Position numbers and translations under genes: made by a program. A stretch of DNA of 64,000 bases from Rhizobium sp. Q54 (GTDB taxonomy: Bacteria; Pseudomonadota; Alphaproteobacteria; UBA2966; CAIVPW01). The notes below the pieces were generated by a model, which saw only the letters and a program-made list of their open reading frames with translations, was not told the DNA's origin and did no database searches. Positions 41,201 to 50,300 of the stretch are shown piece after piece (within the stretch, counting starts at the first letter, position 1; each line of letters starts with the position of its first letter). The DNA is taken from the NCBI GenBank assembly GCA_945904955.1, contig CAMDPO010000011.1:259-64258 (forward strand), given 5' to 3'.

Positions 41201-41686
41201 ATGGCAGGCAGCGTCAACAAGGTCATTCTTGTGGGTAACTTGGGCAAGGACCCGGAGGTCCGCCGCACCCAGGAAGGCTCACCCATCGTCCACTTGAGCG
41301 TGGCCACGTCCGAGTCCTGGCGCGACAAGAACAGCGGTGAGAAGAAAGAAAAGACCGAGTGGCACCGCGTCGTGATCTTCAACGAGAACATCGCCAAGGT
41401 CGCCGAGCAGTACCTGAAGAAGGGCGCCAAGGTGTACATCGAGGGCCAGATTCAGACCCGCAAGTGGCAGGACCAGTCCGGCGTCGACAAGTACACCACC
41501 GAGATCGTCGTCCCCCGCTTCAACGGCGTCCTCACCATGCTCGATAGCCGCGCCGGCGGCAGCGGTGGCCCCAGTGGCGGCGGCGGCCGCGACTTCGGCG
41601 GCCCCCCCGACGACATGGGCGGCGGTGGTGGCGGCAACGGCCCGAAGGGCCAAGCCCCCGACCTCGACGACGAAATCCCGTTCTAA
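41201..41686 (+). CDS. ssb: single-stranded DNA-binding protein
   Basis: OB-fold N-terminus ([17 protein letters not shown]), Gly-rich linker, acidic tip DDEIPF. Divergent from uvrA. Confidence 0.9.
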   Translation: MAGSVNKVILVGNLGKDPEVRRTQEGSPIVHLSVATSESWRDKNSGEKKEKTEWHRVVIFNENIAKVAEQYLKKGAKVYIEGQIQTRKWQDQSGVDKYTTEIVVPRFNGVLTMLDSRAGGSGGPSGGGGRDFGGPPDDMGGGGGGNGPKGQAPDLDDEIPF

Positions 41687-41690
41687 GAAT

Positions 41691-41723
<33 letters not shown>

Positions 41724-41767
41724 ATAGCCGACACAGTCACGGTGCCCCACTCGATCGGAGACTCCGC

Positions 41768-42349
41768 ATGGCCAAAGTCGGCAACATCGTTATCTACCGC
41801 CCAAAGGACGGCCACGAGAGCGACCTCCTCGAGCTGGTGAAGAAGCATTGGCCCGCCGCGCGCAAAGCCGGCCTCACCACCGACGATCCCGCCCGCGTCT
41901 GGCGCGCGACCGACAAGCGCACCGGCAGGGTCTCCATCCTCGAACGCTTCTTCTGGGCAGACGCCGACTCTTCCTCGCGCGCCCACCACACCCCTGCCGT
42001 GCAGGCCGTGTGGGGCCCGATGGACGCAGTCCTCGAAGACATGACGATCCTCGTCATCGAAGAAGTCGCCGGCCACCCGCCCGCGAAGAAGTCACGCGCA
42101 AAGACCGCCGCCGCACCGAAGCGCGCCAAGAGCGCCGCCAAGCCGAAGCCCGCCAAGAAGAAGGCCGCGGCATCAAAGCCCCGCGCCAAACCCCGCCGCA
42201 AAGCGAAGCCCGCCAAGCCGCTCGCCAAGCGTCGCGCGATCAGCGCAGCAGGGGCGCGCAGCGCCCCTCCGGGGCGCCGCGCCCCTTCGGCGCGCGGCCG
42301 CGGCCGCCGCGCCACGCGCACCACGCGTAAAGGCACCCGCCGCCGCTGA
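41768..42349 (+). CDS. ABM-like (antibiotic biosynthesis monooxygenase fold) domain protein fused to Lys/Ala/Pro-rich histone H1-like C-terminal tail
   Basis: N-terminal ~110 aa resemble ABM/Dabb ferredoxin-like fold (IVIYRPK...ILERFFWADADSSSRAHHTPAVQAVWGPM). C-terminal 80 aa are KAAxKPK repeats. High GC3. Confidence 0.45.
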   Translation: MAKVGNIVIYRPKDGHESDLLELVKKHWPAARKAGLTTDDPARVWRATDKRTGRVSILERFFWADADSSSRAHHTPAVQAVWGPMDAVLEDMTILVIEEVAGHPPAKKSRAKTAAAPKRAKSAAKPKPAKKKAAASKPRAKPRRKAKPAKPLAKRRAISAAGARSAPPGRRAPSARGRGRRATRTTRKGTRRR

Positions 42350-42396
42350 GGTCGATCGCCGCCGCCTTGACTTCGGCATTTTCGTATATACGTTAA

Positions 42397-42675
42397 ATAA
42401 CGAGCTGGGACGAGCGGAAGCGCCGCAAGACCCTCGCCGAACGCGGCCTGGACTTCGCGGACGTCGATGACCTATTCGCGGGAATTCATTTCACGCGCCG
42501 CGACGATCGCCGTGACTACGGCGAAGCGCGGTTCATCACCGCGGGCTACGTCGGCGAGCGCTTCGTGGTCGTTGTCTGGACTCCGCGCGGCGTCGACCGG
42601 CGAATCATCTCGATGAGACATGGGCATGCCGAAGAAGAATCCCTCCACCAAGCGAGCATGGGTCGATCCGGATGA
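42397..42675 (+). pseudogene. brnT: BrnT-family (DUF497) ribonuclease toxin gene with ATA in place of start codon
   Basis: Frame reads I-T-S-WDERKRRKTLAERGLDFADVDDLF...FVVVVWTPRG.DRRIISMR. No ATG/GTG/TTG at the 5' end, and a TAA stop immediately upstream. Confidence 0.45.
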
Positions 42676-42895
42676 CGCACCGGCCCTCACCAAGGAGTGG
42701 TTCGAATCCGCGGCCGCCTTCGAAGGCGGCAAGCTGGTTCGCCGCGGCAGGCCGTTGTCGGCGGCGCCAAAGCAAGCGGTGAGCATTCGCCTCGATCCCG
42801 ATGTCCTCGCGTTCTACCGCGCGACCGGTACCGGCTGGCAATCCCGCGTCAACCAGACGCTTCGCAAAGCAGCGAAGCTGAAAGCGCGACCGTAA
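42620..42895 (+). CDS. brnA: BrnA antitoxin (DUF4415)
   Basis: C-terminal SIRLDPDVLAFYRATGTGWQSRVNQTLRKA matches the BrnA/DUF4415 signature. Overlaps the brnT 3' end. Confidence 0.6.
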   Translation: MGMPKKNPSTKRAWVDPDDAPALTKEWFESAAAFEGGKLVRRGRPLSAAPKQAVSIRLDPDVLAFYRATGTGWQSRVNQTLRKAAKLKARP

Positions 42896-42901
42896 CTCCG
42901 A

Positions 42902-42982
42902 TCCCTCCCCCGCTTCAGCGGGAGAGGGTTGCCCTCAGGCTTTGGCGCTTCAGCGCCTAGCGAAGGCTGGCTGAGGGTGCTG
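42902..42982. repeat. REP-like element family A/D
   Basis: ccctcccccgcttcagcgggagaggg...ggcgcttcagcgcctagcgaaggctggctgagggtg. Sibling copy at 54243-54320. Confidence 0.6.
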
Positions 42983-43013
42983 GGTTATTTGTCGGCGGCG
43001 ACGAATCCCGCGA

Positions 43014-43673
43014 CTACGCCATCGCCGGCCGCACCACCGCCGCTGCCCGGAACCGCGTGCGGATGATCCACTCCGCCACTGCGATGTTGATTCCCCACCC
43101 GGCCGCCATGCACACCGTCCGTCCGAACTCGTTCTGGATGCTCGAGAACACGAAATACGGAATGTGCGTCAGCACCTGTGTCCCCGCGCCGATTCCCAAA
43201 GCGTAGGCGCGGATCATGTTGGCGCGATGCGTGGGAACATCGCGCCGCCGCGCGGCGGCGAACCCCATGACCAGGAACGCGACCATGGCAACGCCCACCG
43301 CCATGCGGATGGCATAGAGCGTCATGCCGGTATCGAGTGGCGGCGGCGGATAGAACTGCGTCATCCACAGCCCCGTCAGCGCCGCGACGAGTCCGAACGG
43401 AACCAGGGTCCGGCCTGCGCCGCGATGCCACTGCGGCCGGCTGCGCCGCAGCCCTGGATGGAACTGGAATGCGCCGAGCACGCAGTAGATCGTGACGGCG
43501 ATGATGTGCAGCACGACGGGCAGCGGCGCGCTGACGAACCGCGCGTTGGCATCGGTGATCTCTGCTCCCCCGGCCAGCTCCACGACGCGCGCCGTGCCGG
43601 CGATGACCGGGACGATGCTGAGCAGGATCAGCCCGGCCGGAATCAGCCAATAGGGCCTGGTGCTCGTTGCCAT
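43014..43673 (-). CDS. DUF2306-like integral membrane protein
   Basis: 219 aa, ~6 TM helices. Internal ATG (MATSTRPYWL) chosen inside a 415-aa GC artefact ORF. Confidence 0.45.
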   Translation of the reverse strand: MATSTRPYWLIPAGLILLSIVPVIAGTARVVELAGGAEITDANARFVSAPLPVVLHIIAVTIYCVLGAFQFHPGLRRSRPQWHRGAGRTLVPFGLVAALTGLWMTQFYPPPPLDTGMTLYAIRMAVGVAMVAFLVMGFAAARRRDVPTHRANMIRAYALGIGAGTQVLTHIPYFVFSSIQNEFGRTVCMAAGWGINIAVAEWIIRTRFRAAAVVRPAMA

Positions 43674-43774
43674 GTCTCGGACGCTCCCCTGGTGTCTCCG
43701 GGCATGCTTCTCCCGGCGCGGCCCTACAGTTCGATCGTCGTACTGTTTGAGAGTTCGGAGAGGCTGCGGCTGCG

Positions 43775-44590
43775 CTAGCGCCCGTTCAGTCTCTGCTCCG
43801 CGCTCGATCGTTGCTGTGGCGAGAGTCTCGCGCCCACCAGCGCCAGCATCTGCCGGGCGCCTTCGTGTCCTTGGCCCGCCGCGCGCGTCAACCACACGAA
43901 CGCTTCGACGTCGTCTGGCGGAATTCCATTGCCGCCGCGCTCGTACAGCGAGCCGAGGTTGTACTGTGCATCGGCGAGCCCTTGCCGGGCTGCCTGGCCG
44001 AACCATTTGGCCGCCTCGTCGCCGGTCACCACCGGAACGCGCCCATCGGCGAACAGCACGCCGAGATTGTTCTGTGCGCGCGCATTGCCGGCAGCCGCCG
44101 CCGCCTCGTACGCGCTCCGCGCCGCCGCGAAATCCCCGGCGCGCTCGTGCAGAACGCCCGCCGCGGCCGCCGCATCGGGGAACTTCTGCGCTGCCGCCGC
44201 CGTGTACCAGCGCAGCGCTTCGCCATTCTGTCCGGCAAGCTCCAGCGCGCGCCCATACCAATACTGACCCTCGGCGTGGCCGTGATCCGCCGGCTCACGC
44301 AGGAACGCGGTCGCTTGTGCGGTCTGCGGCGCACCGGCAGCACCACTCAGCAGCAAATCGGCGAGCAGGTACTGCAGACGATGCGGCGCCACCGCGGCGG
44401 CCGGCGCCCACGCCTTCGCCGCGCCGGCGAGATCGCCGCGCCGATAGAATTCGTATCCGTCGAGAATTGCTTGCAGAGCGGAGTTGGGCAGGCGGCGCGC
44501 CCGGTCGGCATCCGCGTCGGCCCACGCGCCGCTCAGCGGCGCGAGAGCCGTGCACAGCAGCAAAAACGCCGCGCGCATGGACGTACGCAT
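43775..44590 (-). CDS. Sel1 repeat family periplasmic protein
   Basis: Signal peptide and several Sel1 repeats (AEGQYWYGRALE..., AQNNLGVLFADG..., AQYNLGSLYERG...). Confidence 0.65.
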   Translation of the reverse strand: MRTSMRAAFLLLCTALAPLSGAWADADADRARRLPNSALQAILDGYEFYRRGDLAGAAKAWAPAAAVAPHRLQYLLADLLLSGAAGAPQTAQATAFLREPADHGHAEGQYWYGRALELAGQNGEALRWYTAAAAQKFPDAAAAAGVLHERAGDFAAARSAYEAAAAAGNARAQNNLGVLFADGRVPVVTGDEAAKWFGQAARQGLADAQYNLGSLYERGGNGIPPDDVEAFVWLTRAAGQGHEGARQMLALVGARLSPQQRSSAEQRLNGR

Positions 44591-44753
44591 ACTAAATGCT
44601 GAGCCCCCGAAGCCCCGTGTCTCAGCCTGTAGCGTAGCCCTGGGCCCCTCGCAAGCGGTTTTGGGCCCGGCTGTTCACCGCGCGCACCCCCGTCTTGGCT
44701 TATCACGCCTTCGGCGTGCGGCGCCGCCGGGCAGAGGAGTAGGCTCCTCCCGC

Positions 44754-47700
44754 ATGCTCTTCCCCGTGCGCCCGCCCGACGACGAGGGCCTCGAAGGCAG
44801 CGCGATCTCTGCGAGGCGCGCCCTGCGGTCCGCCTATCGCATGGACGAGCGCGCGTGCGTGCTCGAACGCGCCGAACGCGCGCGACCGTCCGCTGCCGAA
44901 AAAAGCAGCACCGACCAACTCGCCCGCGAACTGGTCGCCGCCGTGCGCGCCCGCCACGCCGGAGGCGTGCTTTCCGCACGACGCACCTTCGGCATCGAGG
45001 CCTTCCTGCGCGAGTACGGCCTCGATACCCGCGAGGGCATCGTCCTGCTGTGCGTCGCCGAGGCGCTGTTGCGCATCCCTGACGCCGCCACCGCCGATCG
45101 CCTGATTCGCGACAAGATCGGTGGCGCCGAATGGGATCGCCATCTCGGCCAGTCGCCGTCGCTGTTCGTCAACGCTTCGACCTGGGGCCTGATGCTGACG
45201 GGCAGCATTGTGCGCTTCGAGCCCGGGGATGGCGCCGTGCGCCGCGTCCTCGGCCGCGCCGGCGAGCCGGTCGTGCGCGCCGCACTGCTCCAGGCGATGA
45301 AGATTCTGGGACATCAGTTCGTGCTCGGCCGCACCATCGCCGAAGCGATGTCGCACGCGTCCGCCGACGAGAAAAAGGGCGTGCGCTTCTCCTACGACAT
45401 GCTTGGCGAAGGCGCGCGCACCGAAGGCGACGCTCAGCGCTATCTCGAACGCTACGCCCATGCCATCGCCGCCCTCGGCGCACCCAACCGCGGCACGACG
45501 ATTGCCGACCGCCCCGGCATCTCCGTCAAGCTCTCCGCGCTGCACCCGCGCTACGAGTTCGCCAAGCGGCACCGCCTGCACAACGAGCTGCTGCCGCGCA
45601 TCATCGAGCTCGCCGCGCTGGCGCGTACCCACAACGTCGGCCTGTGCATCGACGCCGAGGAAGCCGACCGCCTCGAGCCGTCCCTCGACCTCATCGAACG
45701 CCTCGCCTACGACCCGGCGCTGGCGGGCTGGGACGGCCTCGGCCTCGCCGCCCAGGCCTACCAGAAGCGCGGCCTGCCGCTCATCGCCTGGCTCGACGAT
45801 CTCGCCGTCGCTACCCGCCGCCGCCTCATGGTGCGCCTGGTAAAGGGCGCCTACTGGGACACCGAGATCAAGCGCGCCCAGGAATCCGGCGTCGAAGGCT
45901 ACCCGGTGTTCACGCGCAAGGTTTCAACCGACGTTTCGTACCTCGCGTGCGCGCGCGCCTTGTTCGCTGCTGGTGATCGCCTCTACCCGCAATTTGCGAC
46001 CCACAACGCTCATACCGTCGCGGCGGTGCTGGCCATCGCGGGACGTCGCACCGACTTCGAATTCCAACGCCTCCACGGTATGGGCGAAGCGCTCTACGAA
46101 GAACTTCGGTCTCGCCGCAAAGTCTCCGTGCGCGTGTACGCCCCCGTCGGCGCCCACGAAGACCTGCTGCCGTATCTCGTGCGCCGTCTGTTGGAGAACG
46201 GCGCCAATACCTCGTTCGTGAATCGCATCCACGACGAGTCGATTCCCATCGAGAAGCTGATCGCCGACCCCGTCGACCACGTCGCGCAGCTGAAGTCGAT
46301 CCCGCACCCGCGCATCCCGCTGCCGCGCGACCTCTACGCACCCGAGCGCGCCAATGCCCGCGGTCTCGACCTCACCGACCCCGACCACATCGCCACCCTG
46401 CGCAAGCAACTCCCCGAAAAGCACGCCTGGCGCTCCGCTCCCATCGTCGCCGGCAAGCGCATCGAAGGGCCGGGCAGGCCGGTGAACAACCCTGCCACCG
46501 GGGAGACCATCGGCACCGCAATTCCGGCGAACGCGGCGACCGTTGACCGCGCCATCACCATCGCCCACGGCGCGGCAGACGCTTGGGATCACACGCCTGC
46601 CGCCGAGCGCGCCGCCACCCTGCGGCGCGCCGCCGACGCGATGGAAGCGGCGATGCCTGAATTCCTCGCCCTGTGTGTGCTCGAAGGCGGCCGCACCTTC
46701 CCCGACGCCGTCGCCGAGACGCGCGAGGCCGTGGACTTCCTGCGTTACTACGCCGCCCGCGCCGAAGAGTTGTTCGCGCGCCCGCGTCCGCTGCCCGGTC
46801 CCACCGGCGAGAAGAACGAGCTGTGGCTGCACGGCCGCGGTGTGTTCGCCTGCATCAGCCCGTGGAATTTTCCCCTGTCGATCTTCATCGGCCAGGTGGC
46901 CGCCGCGCTCGCCGCCGGCAATGCCGTCCTCGCCAAGCCCGCCGAACAAACGACCCTCATCGCCTGCCGCGCCGTCGAGCTCCTGCACGCCGCCGGCATC
47001 CCCACGGATGTCCTGCACTTCGTCCCCGGTCCCGGCAGCGAAGTCGGCGCGCGCCTCGTCGCCGACCCCCGCGTCGCCGGCGTCAACCTGACCGGCTCGA
47101 CCGAAACCGCCGCCAGCATCCATAAGAGTCTCGCTTCGCGATCTGGTCCGATTGGCGTGCTGCTCGCCGAGACCGGCGGCCTCAACGCCATGATCGCCGA
47201 CTCGTCCGCACTCACCGAGCAACTGGTGGACGACGCCGTTCTCTCCGCCTTCGACTCCGCCGGCCAGCGCTGCTCCGCGTTGCGGCTCTTGTTCATCCAG
47301 GACGAAGTCGCCGACAAAACTCTCACCATGCTCGCCGGCGCCATGGCCGAGCTCGCCGTTGGCGATCCGCGCTGGCTCGCCACCGACGTCGGCCCGGTCA
47401 TCGACGCCCGCGCCCGCGACCAACTGCTGCAGCACATCGAAGACATGCGCCGCACCCAGCGCGTCGTCTTTCAAACGCCCGTCGCCCCCTCGCGCGGCTC
47501 GTTCGTCCCCCCGACTCTCGTCGAGATCGACTCCCCGCGCGCGCTGACGAAAGAAGTGTTCGGCCCCATCCTCCACGTCGTCCGCTTCGCCGCCGGCCGC
47601 CTCGACGAGGTGTGCGCCGCCATCAACGCCAGCGGCTACGGCCTCACCCTCGGTGTCCACAGCCGCATCGACGAAGTCGTCCACGAAGTCCGGTCGCGCA

Positions 47701-47915
47701 CCAAGGTCGGCAACCTCTACGTCAACCGCTCCATCATCGGTGCGGTGGTAGGCGTGCAGCCATTCGGTGGCGAAGGGCTTTCCGGCACTGGGCCAAAGGC
47801 CGGCGGCCCGTATACCCTGCTGCGCTACGCCACCGAGCGCGTCATCAGCACCGACACGACCGCAGCGGGCGGCAACGCCACCTTGTTCGCGGTCGCAGGA
47901 GAAGAAGAACCATGA
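44754..47915 (+). CDS. putA: bifunctional proline dehydrogenase / L-glutamate gamma-semialdehyde dehydrogenase PutA
   Basis: 1053 aa with PRODH barrel plus ALDH domain (catalytic Cys in GQRCSA). ATG (MLFPV) within a longer TTG-initiated ORF. Confidence 0.85.
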   Translation: MLFPVRPPDDEGLEGSAISARRALRSAYRMDERACVLERAERARPSAAEKSSTDQLARELVAAVRARHAGGVLSARRTFGIEAFLREYGLDTREGIVLLCVAEALLRIPDAATADRLIRDKIGGAEWDRHLGQSPSLFVNASTWGLMLTGSIVRFEPGDGAVRRVLGRAGEPVVRAALLQAMKILGHQFVLGRTIAEAMSHASADEKKGVRFSYDMLGEGARTEGDAQRYLERYAHAIAALGAPNRGTTIADRPGISVKLSALHPRYEFAKRHRLHNELLPRIIELAALARTHNVGLCIDAEEADRLEPSLDLIERLAYDPALAGWDGLGLAAQAYQKRGLPLIAWLDDLAVATRRRLMVRLVKGAYWDTEIKRAQESGVEGYPVFTRKVSTDVSYLACARALFAAGDRLYPQFATHNAHTVAAVLAIAGRRTDFEFQRLHGMGEALYEELRSRRKVSVRVYAPVGAHEDLLPYLVRRLLENGANTSFVNRIHDESIPIEKLIADPVDHVAQLKSIPHPRIPLPRDLYAPERANARGLDLTDPDHIATLRKQLPEKHAWRSAPIVAGKRIEGPGRPVNNPATGETIGTAIPANAATVDRAITIAHGAADAWDHTPAAERAATLRRAADAMEAAMPEFLALCVLEGGRTFPDAVAETREAVDFLRYYAARAEELFARPRPLPGPTGEKNELWLHGRGVFACISPWNFPLSIFIGQVAAALAAGNAVLAKPAEQTTLIACRAVELLHAAGIPTDVLHFVPGPGSEVGARLVADPRVAGVNLTGSTETAASIHKSLASRSGPIGVLLAETGGLNAMIADSSALTEQLVDDAVLSAFDSAGQRCSALRLLFIQDEVADKTLTMLAGAMAELAVGDPRWLATDVGPVIDARARDQLLQHIEDMRRTQRVVFQTPVAPSRGSFVPPTLVEIDSPRALTKEVFGPILHVVRFAAGRLDEVCAAINASGYGLTLGVHSRIDEVVHEVRSRTKVGNLYVNRSIIGAVVGVQPFGGEGLSGTGPKAGGPYTLLRYATERVISTDTTAAGGNATLFAVAGEEEP

Positions 47916-48847
47916 GCGACCCGCGCGACGTCTCTCTCATCGGCGTGCCGACCGACATCGGCGGCGCCCAGCCCGGCTGCTCGATGGGCCCCGAAGCCCT
48001 TCGCGTCGCCGGCATCGACGTGGCGCTGCGCCGCCTCGGCCATCGCGTCACCGACATGGGCAACGTCTCCGGACCGCCCAATCCGAAAGCCGAGCCGGTC
48101 GATGGCTACCGCCACCTCGACGAGGTGCGTCAGTGGTGCCGCGCCACCCGCGATCTCGTCTACGAGAGCCTCGCCGCCGGCCGCCTGCCCATCGCCATGG
48201 GCGGCGACCATTCCGTCACCATCGGCTCGATCGCCGGCATCGCGCGCTGGTGCGCCAAGCAGCAAAAGCCCCTGTCGCTGCTCTGGCTCGACGCCCACGC
48301 CGACTTCAACACCCCCGAGACGTCGCCGTCCGGCAACATCCACGGCATGCCCGTCGCCATCGTCGCGGGGCAGGGGCCGCGCACTCTCGTCAGCCTCGCC
48401 ACCGTCGTGCCCATGGTGCAGCCGTCGCGCATCCTGCAGGTCGGCGTGCGGTCTATCGACGCGAGCGAGAAGCCGCTCGTCCTCGCAAGCGGCGTGCAGA
48501 TCTTCGACATGCGCCAGGTCGACGAGAGCGGCATGCGCCATGTCATGGACACCGTCCTCGACCAGCTCTCCGGCCACGGCGGCCATGTGCATGTGAGTCT
48601 CGACGCCGACTTCCTCGACCCGGTCATCGCGCCCGGCGTCGCGGTGCCGGTGCCCGGCGGCCCGACCTACCGCGAGGCGCAGCTGTGCATGGAGATGATC
48701 TACGACTCCGGCCTGATGGGCTCCCTCGACCTCATGGAGGTCAACCCCGCCTACGACGACCGCAACCGCACCGCCACCGTCATGGTCGAGCTGGTTGCGT
48801 CGCTGTTCGGCCAGCAAATCCTGTCGCGCCGCCAGGTCGTCTACTGA
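47912..48847 (+). CDS. rocF: arginase
   Basis: Mn-binding motifs ([20 protein letters not shown]). 311 aa. ATGA overlap with the putA stop. Confidence 0.85.
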   Translation: MSDPRDVSLIGVPTDIGGAQPGCSMGPEALRVAGIDVALRRLGHRVTDMGNVSGPPNPKAEPVDGYRHLDEVRQWCRATRDLVYESLAAGRLPIAMGGDHSVTIGSIAGIARWCAKQQKPLSLLWLDAHADFNTPETSPSGNIHGMPVAIVAGQGPRTLVSLATVVPMVQPSRILQVGVRSIDASEKPLVLASGVQIFDMRQVDESGMRHVMDTVLDQLSGHGGHVHVSLDADFLDPVIAPGVAVPVPGGPTYREAQLCMEMIYDSGLMGSLDLMEVNPAYDDRNRTATVMVELVASLFGQQILSRRQVVY

Positions 48848-50076
48848 TGCGCACGGCGAGCGACCTGATCGACCTCGAACGCCAATTCGGCGCGCGCAAC
48901 TACCACCCGCTCGACGTGGTCCTCACGCGCGGCGAGGGCGTGTGGGTGTGGGACGTCGACGGCGAGCGCTACCTGGATTGCCTGTCGGCGTACTCCGCCG
49001 TCAACCAGGGCCACTGCCACCCGAAGATTCGCGAAGCACTCATCGAGCAGTCCCAGCGCCTGACGCTCACCTCGCGCGCCTTCCGCAACGATCAGCTGCC
49101 GCTCTTCTACGAAGAGATCTGCGCGCTCACCAACTCGCACAAAGTCCTGCCGATGAACTCCGGCGCCGAGGCCGTCGAGACCGCCATCAAGGCCGTGCGC
49201 AAATGGGCCTACGAAGTGAAGGGCGTTCCGCAAGACCGGGCCGAGGTCATCGTCTGCGCCAACGCCTTCCACGGCCGCACCATCACCATCGTCGGCTCGT
49301 CCACCGACCCGCTCGCGCGCACCTCGTTCGGCCCGTTCACCCCCGGCTTCCAGGTCGTCCCGTTCGGCAATGCCGATGCCCTCGCGGAGGCGATCACCCC
49401 CAACACCGCCGCGTTCCTGGTGGAACCGATCCAGGGCGAAGCCGGCGTCATCCTGCCGCCGCCCGGCTATTTCAAGCGCGTGCGCGAGCTGTGCACGCGC
49501 CACAACGTCGTGCTCGTCCTCGACGAAATCCAAACCGGCCTCGGCCGCACCGGCAAGCTGCTCGCCGAAGAGCACGACGGCATCGAGGCCGACGTCACGC
49601 TCATCGGCAAAGCCCTCGCCGGCGGCTTCTATCCGATGTCGGCCGTGCTCTCGAATCTCGAAGTCCTCGGCGTGCTCAAGCCCGGCGAGCACGGCAGCAC
49701 CTTCGGCGGCAACCCGCTCGCCTGCGCCATCGCCCGCGCATCGCTGCGCGTCCTCACCGAGGAGCGCATGATCGACAACGCGGCGGAGCAGGGTGCCTAC
49801 TTCCTGTCCGAGCTGCAAAAGCTCCGCTCCAACGTCGTGCAAGAGCTGCGCGGCCGTGGCCTGATGATCGCTCTGCAGCTCGTCCCCGATGCCGGCGGCG
49901 CCCGCCGCTACTCCGAGGCCCTCAAGAACGCCGGCCTCCTGTGCAAGGAGACCCACACCGACACCCTGCGCTTCGCCCCGCCGCTCGTCATCACGCGCGA
50001 CCAAGTCGACTACGCGCTCGAGGCGATCTCGACCGTCTTGAGAACCCTCGCCCCGCACGGGGAGAGGGCAGGGTGA
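48847..50076 (+). CDS. rocD: ornithine--oxo-acid aminotransferase
   Basis: Class III PLP aminotransferase ([16 protein letters not shown] Lys in [10 protein letters not shown]). Conserved N-terminus YHPL.VV. ATGA-type overlap with rocF. Confidence 0.85.
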   Translation: MRTASDLIDLERQFGARNYHPLDVVLTRGEGVWVWDVDGERYLDCLSAYSAVNQGHCHPKIREALIEQSQRLTLTSRAFRNDQLPLFYEEICALTNSHKVLPMNSGAEAVETAIKAVRKWAYEVKGVPQDRAEVIVCANAFHGRTITIVGSSTDPLARTSFGPFTPGFQVVPFGNADALAEAITPNTAAFLVEPIQGEAGVILPPPGYFKRVRELCTRHNVVLVLDEIQTGLGRTGKLLAEEHDGIEADVTLIGKALAGGFYPMSAVLSNLEVLGVLKPGEHGSTFGGNPLACAIARASLRVLTEERMIDNAAEQGAYFLSELQKLRSNVVQELRGRGLMIALQLVPDAGGARRYSEALKNAGLLCKETHTDTLRFAPPLVITRDQVDYALEAISTVLRTLAPHGERAG

Positions 50077-50160
50077 GGGGCAACAGAATCGTGGGTGCGT
50101 GGCAGCAGTTTGTTTGACCCTCACCCCGGCCCTCTCTCCCTTCGCAGGGAGAGGGAGCAG
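50049..50160. repeat. composite MITE-like inverted-repeat element (family C: GGGGAGAGGGCAGGGTGAGGGG ... CCCTCACCCCGGCCCTCTCC)
   Basis: Copies at 57066-57152 and 59190-59300. Partial copies at 56690-56712 and 28015-28047. Confidence 0.6.
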
Positions 50161-50300
50161 GCCGCCCCAGGCGTCCCGATTCCCTTAGGTGGATCAACGG
50201 CTTGGCGCTGGCCCAAACCCCCAAACTCTGGTAGTCTGACGTCAGCAGATTCGCCACATCTGGCGCGCCCGCCGCGCCGCCGTTTTCAGGCCCTGATCGT

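Noticed and set aside
42985-43650. 221-aa minus-strand ORF rich in Arg/His
   Set aside because: Alternative frame of the DUF2306 membrane-protein gene. Composition and absence of motifs indicate a non-coding frame.
44484-44753. TTG-initiated 90-codon extension upstream of putA
   Set aside because: The extension is Arg/Ser-rich and runs antisense to the Sel1 gene 3' region. The ATG at 44754 restores a normal PutA N-terminus.
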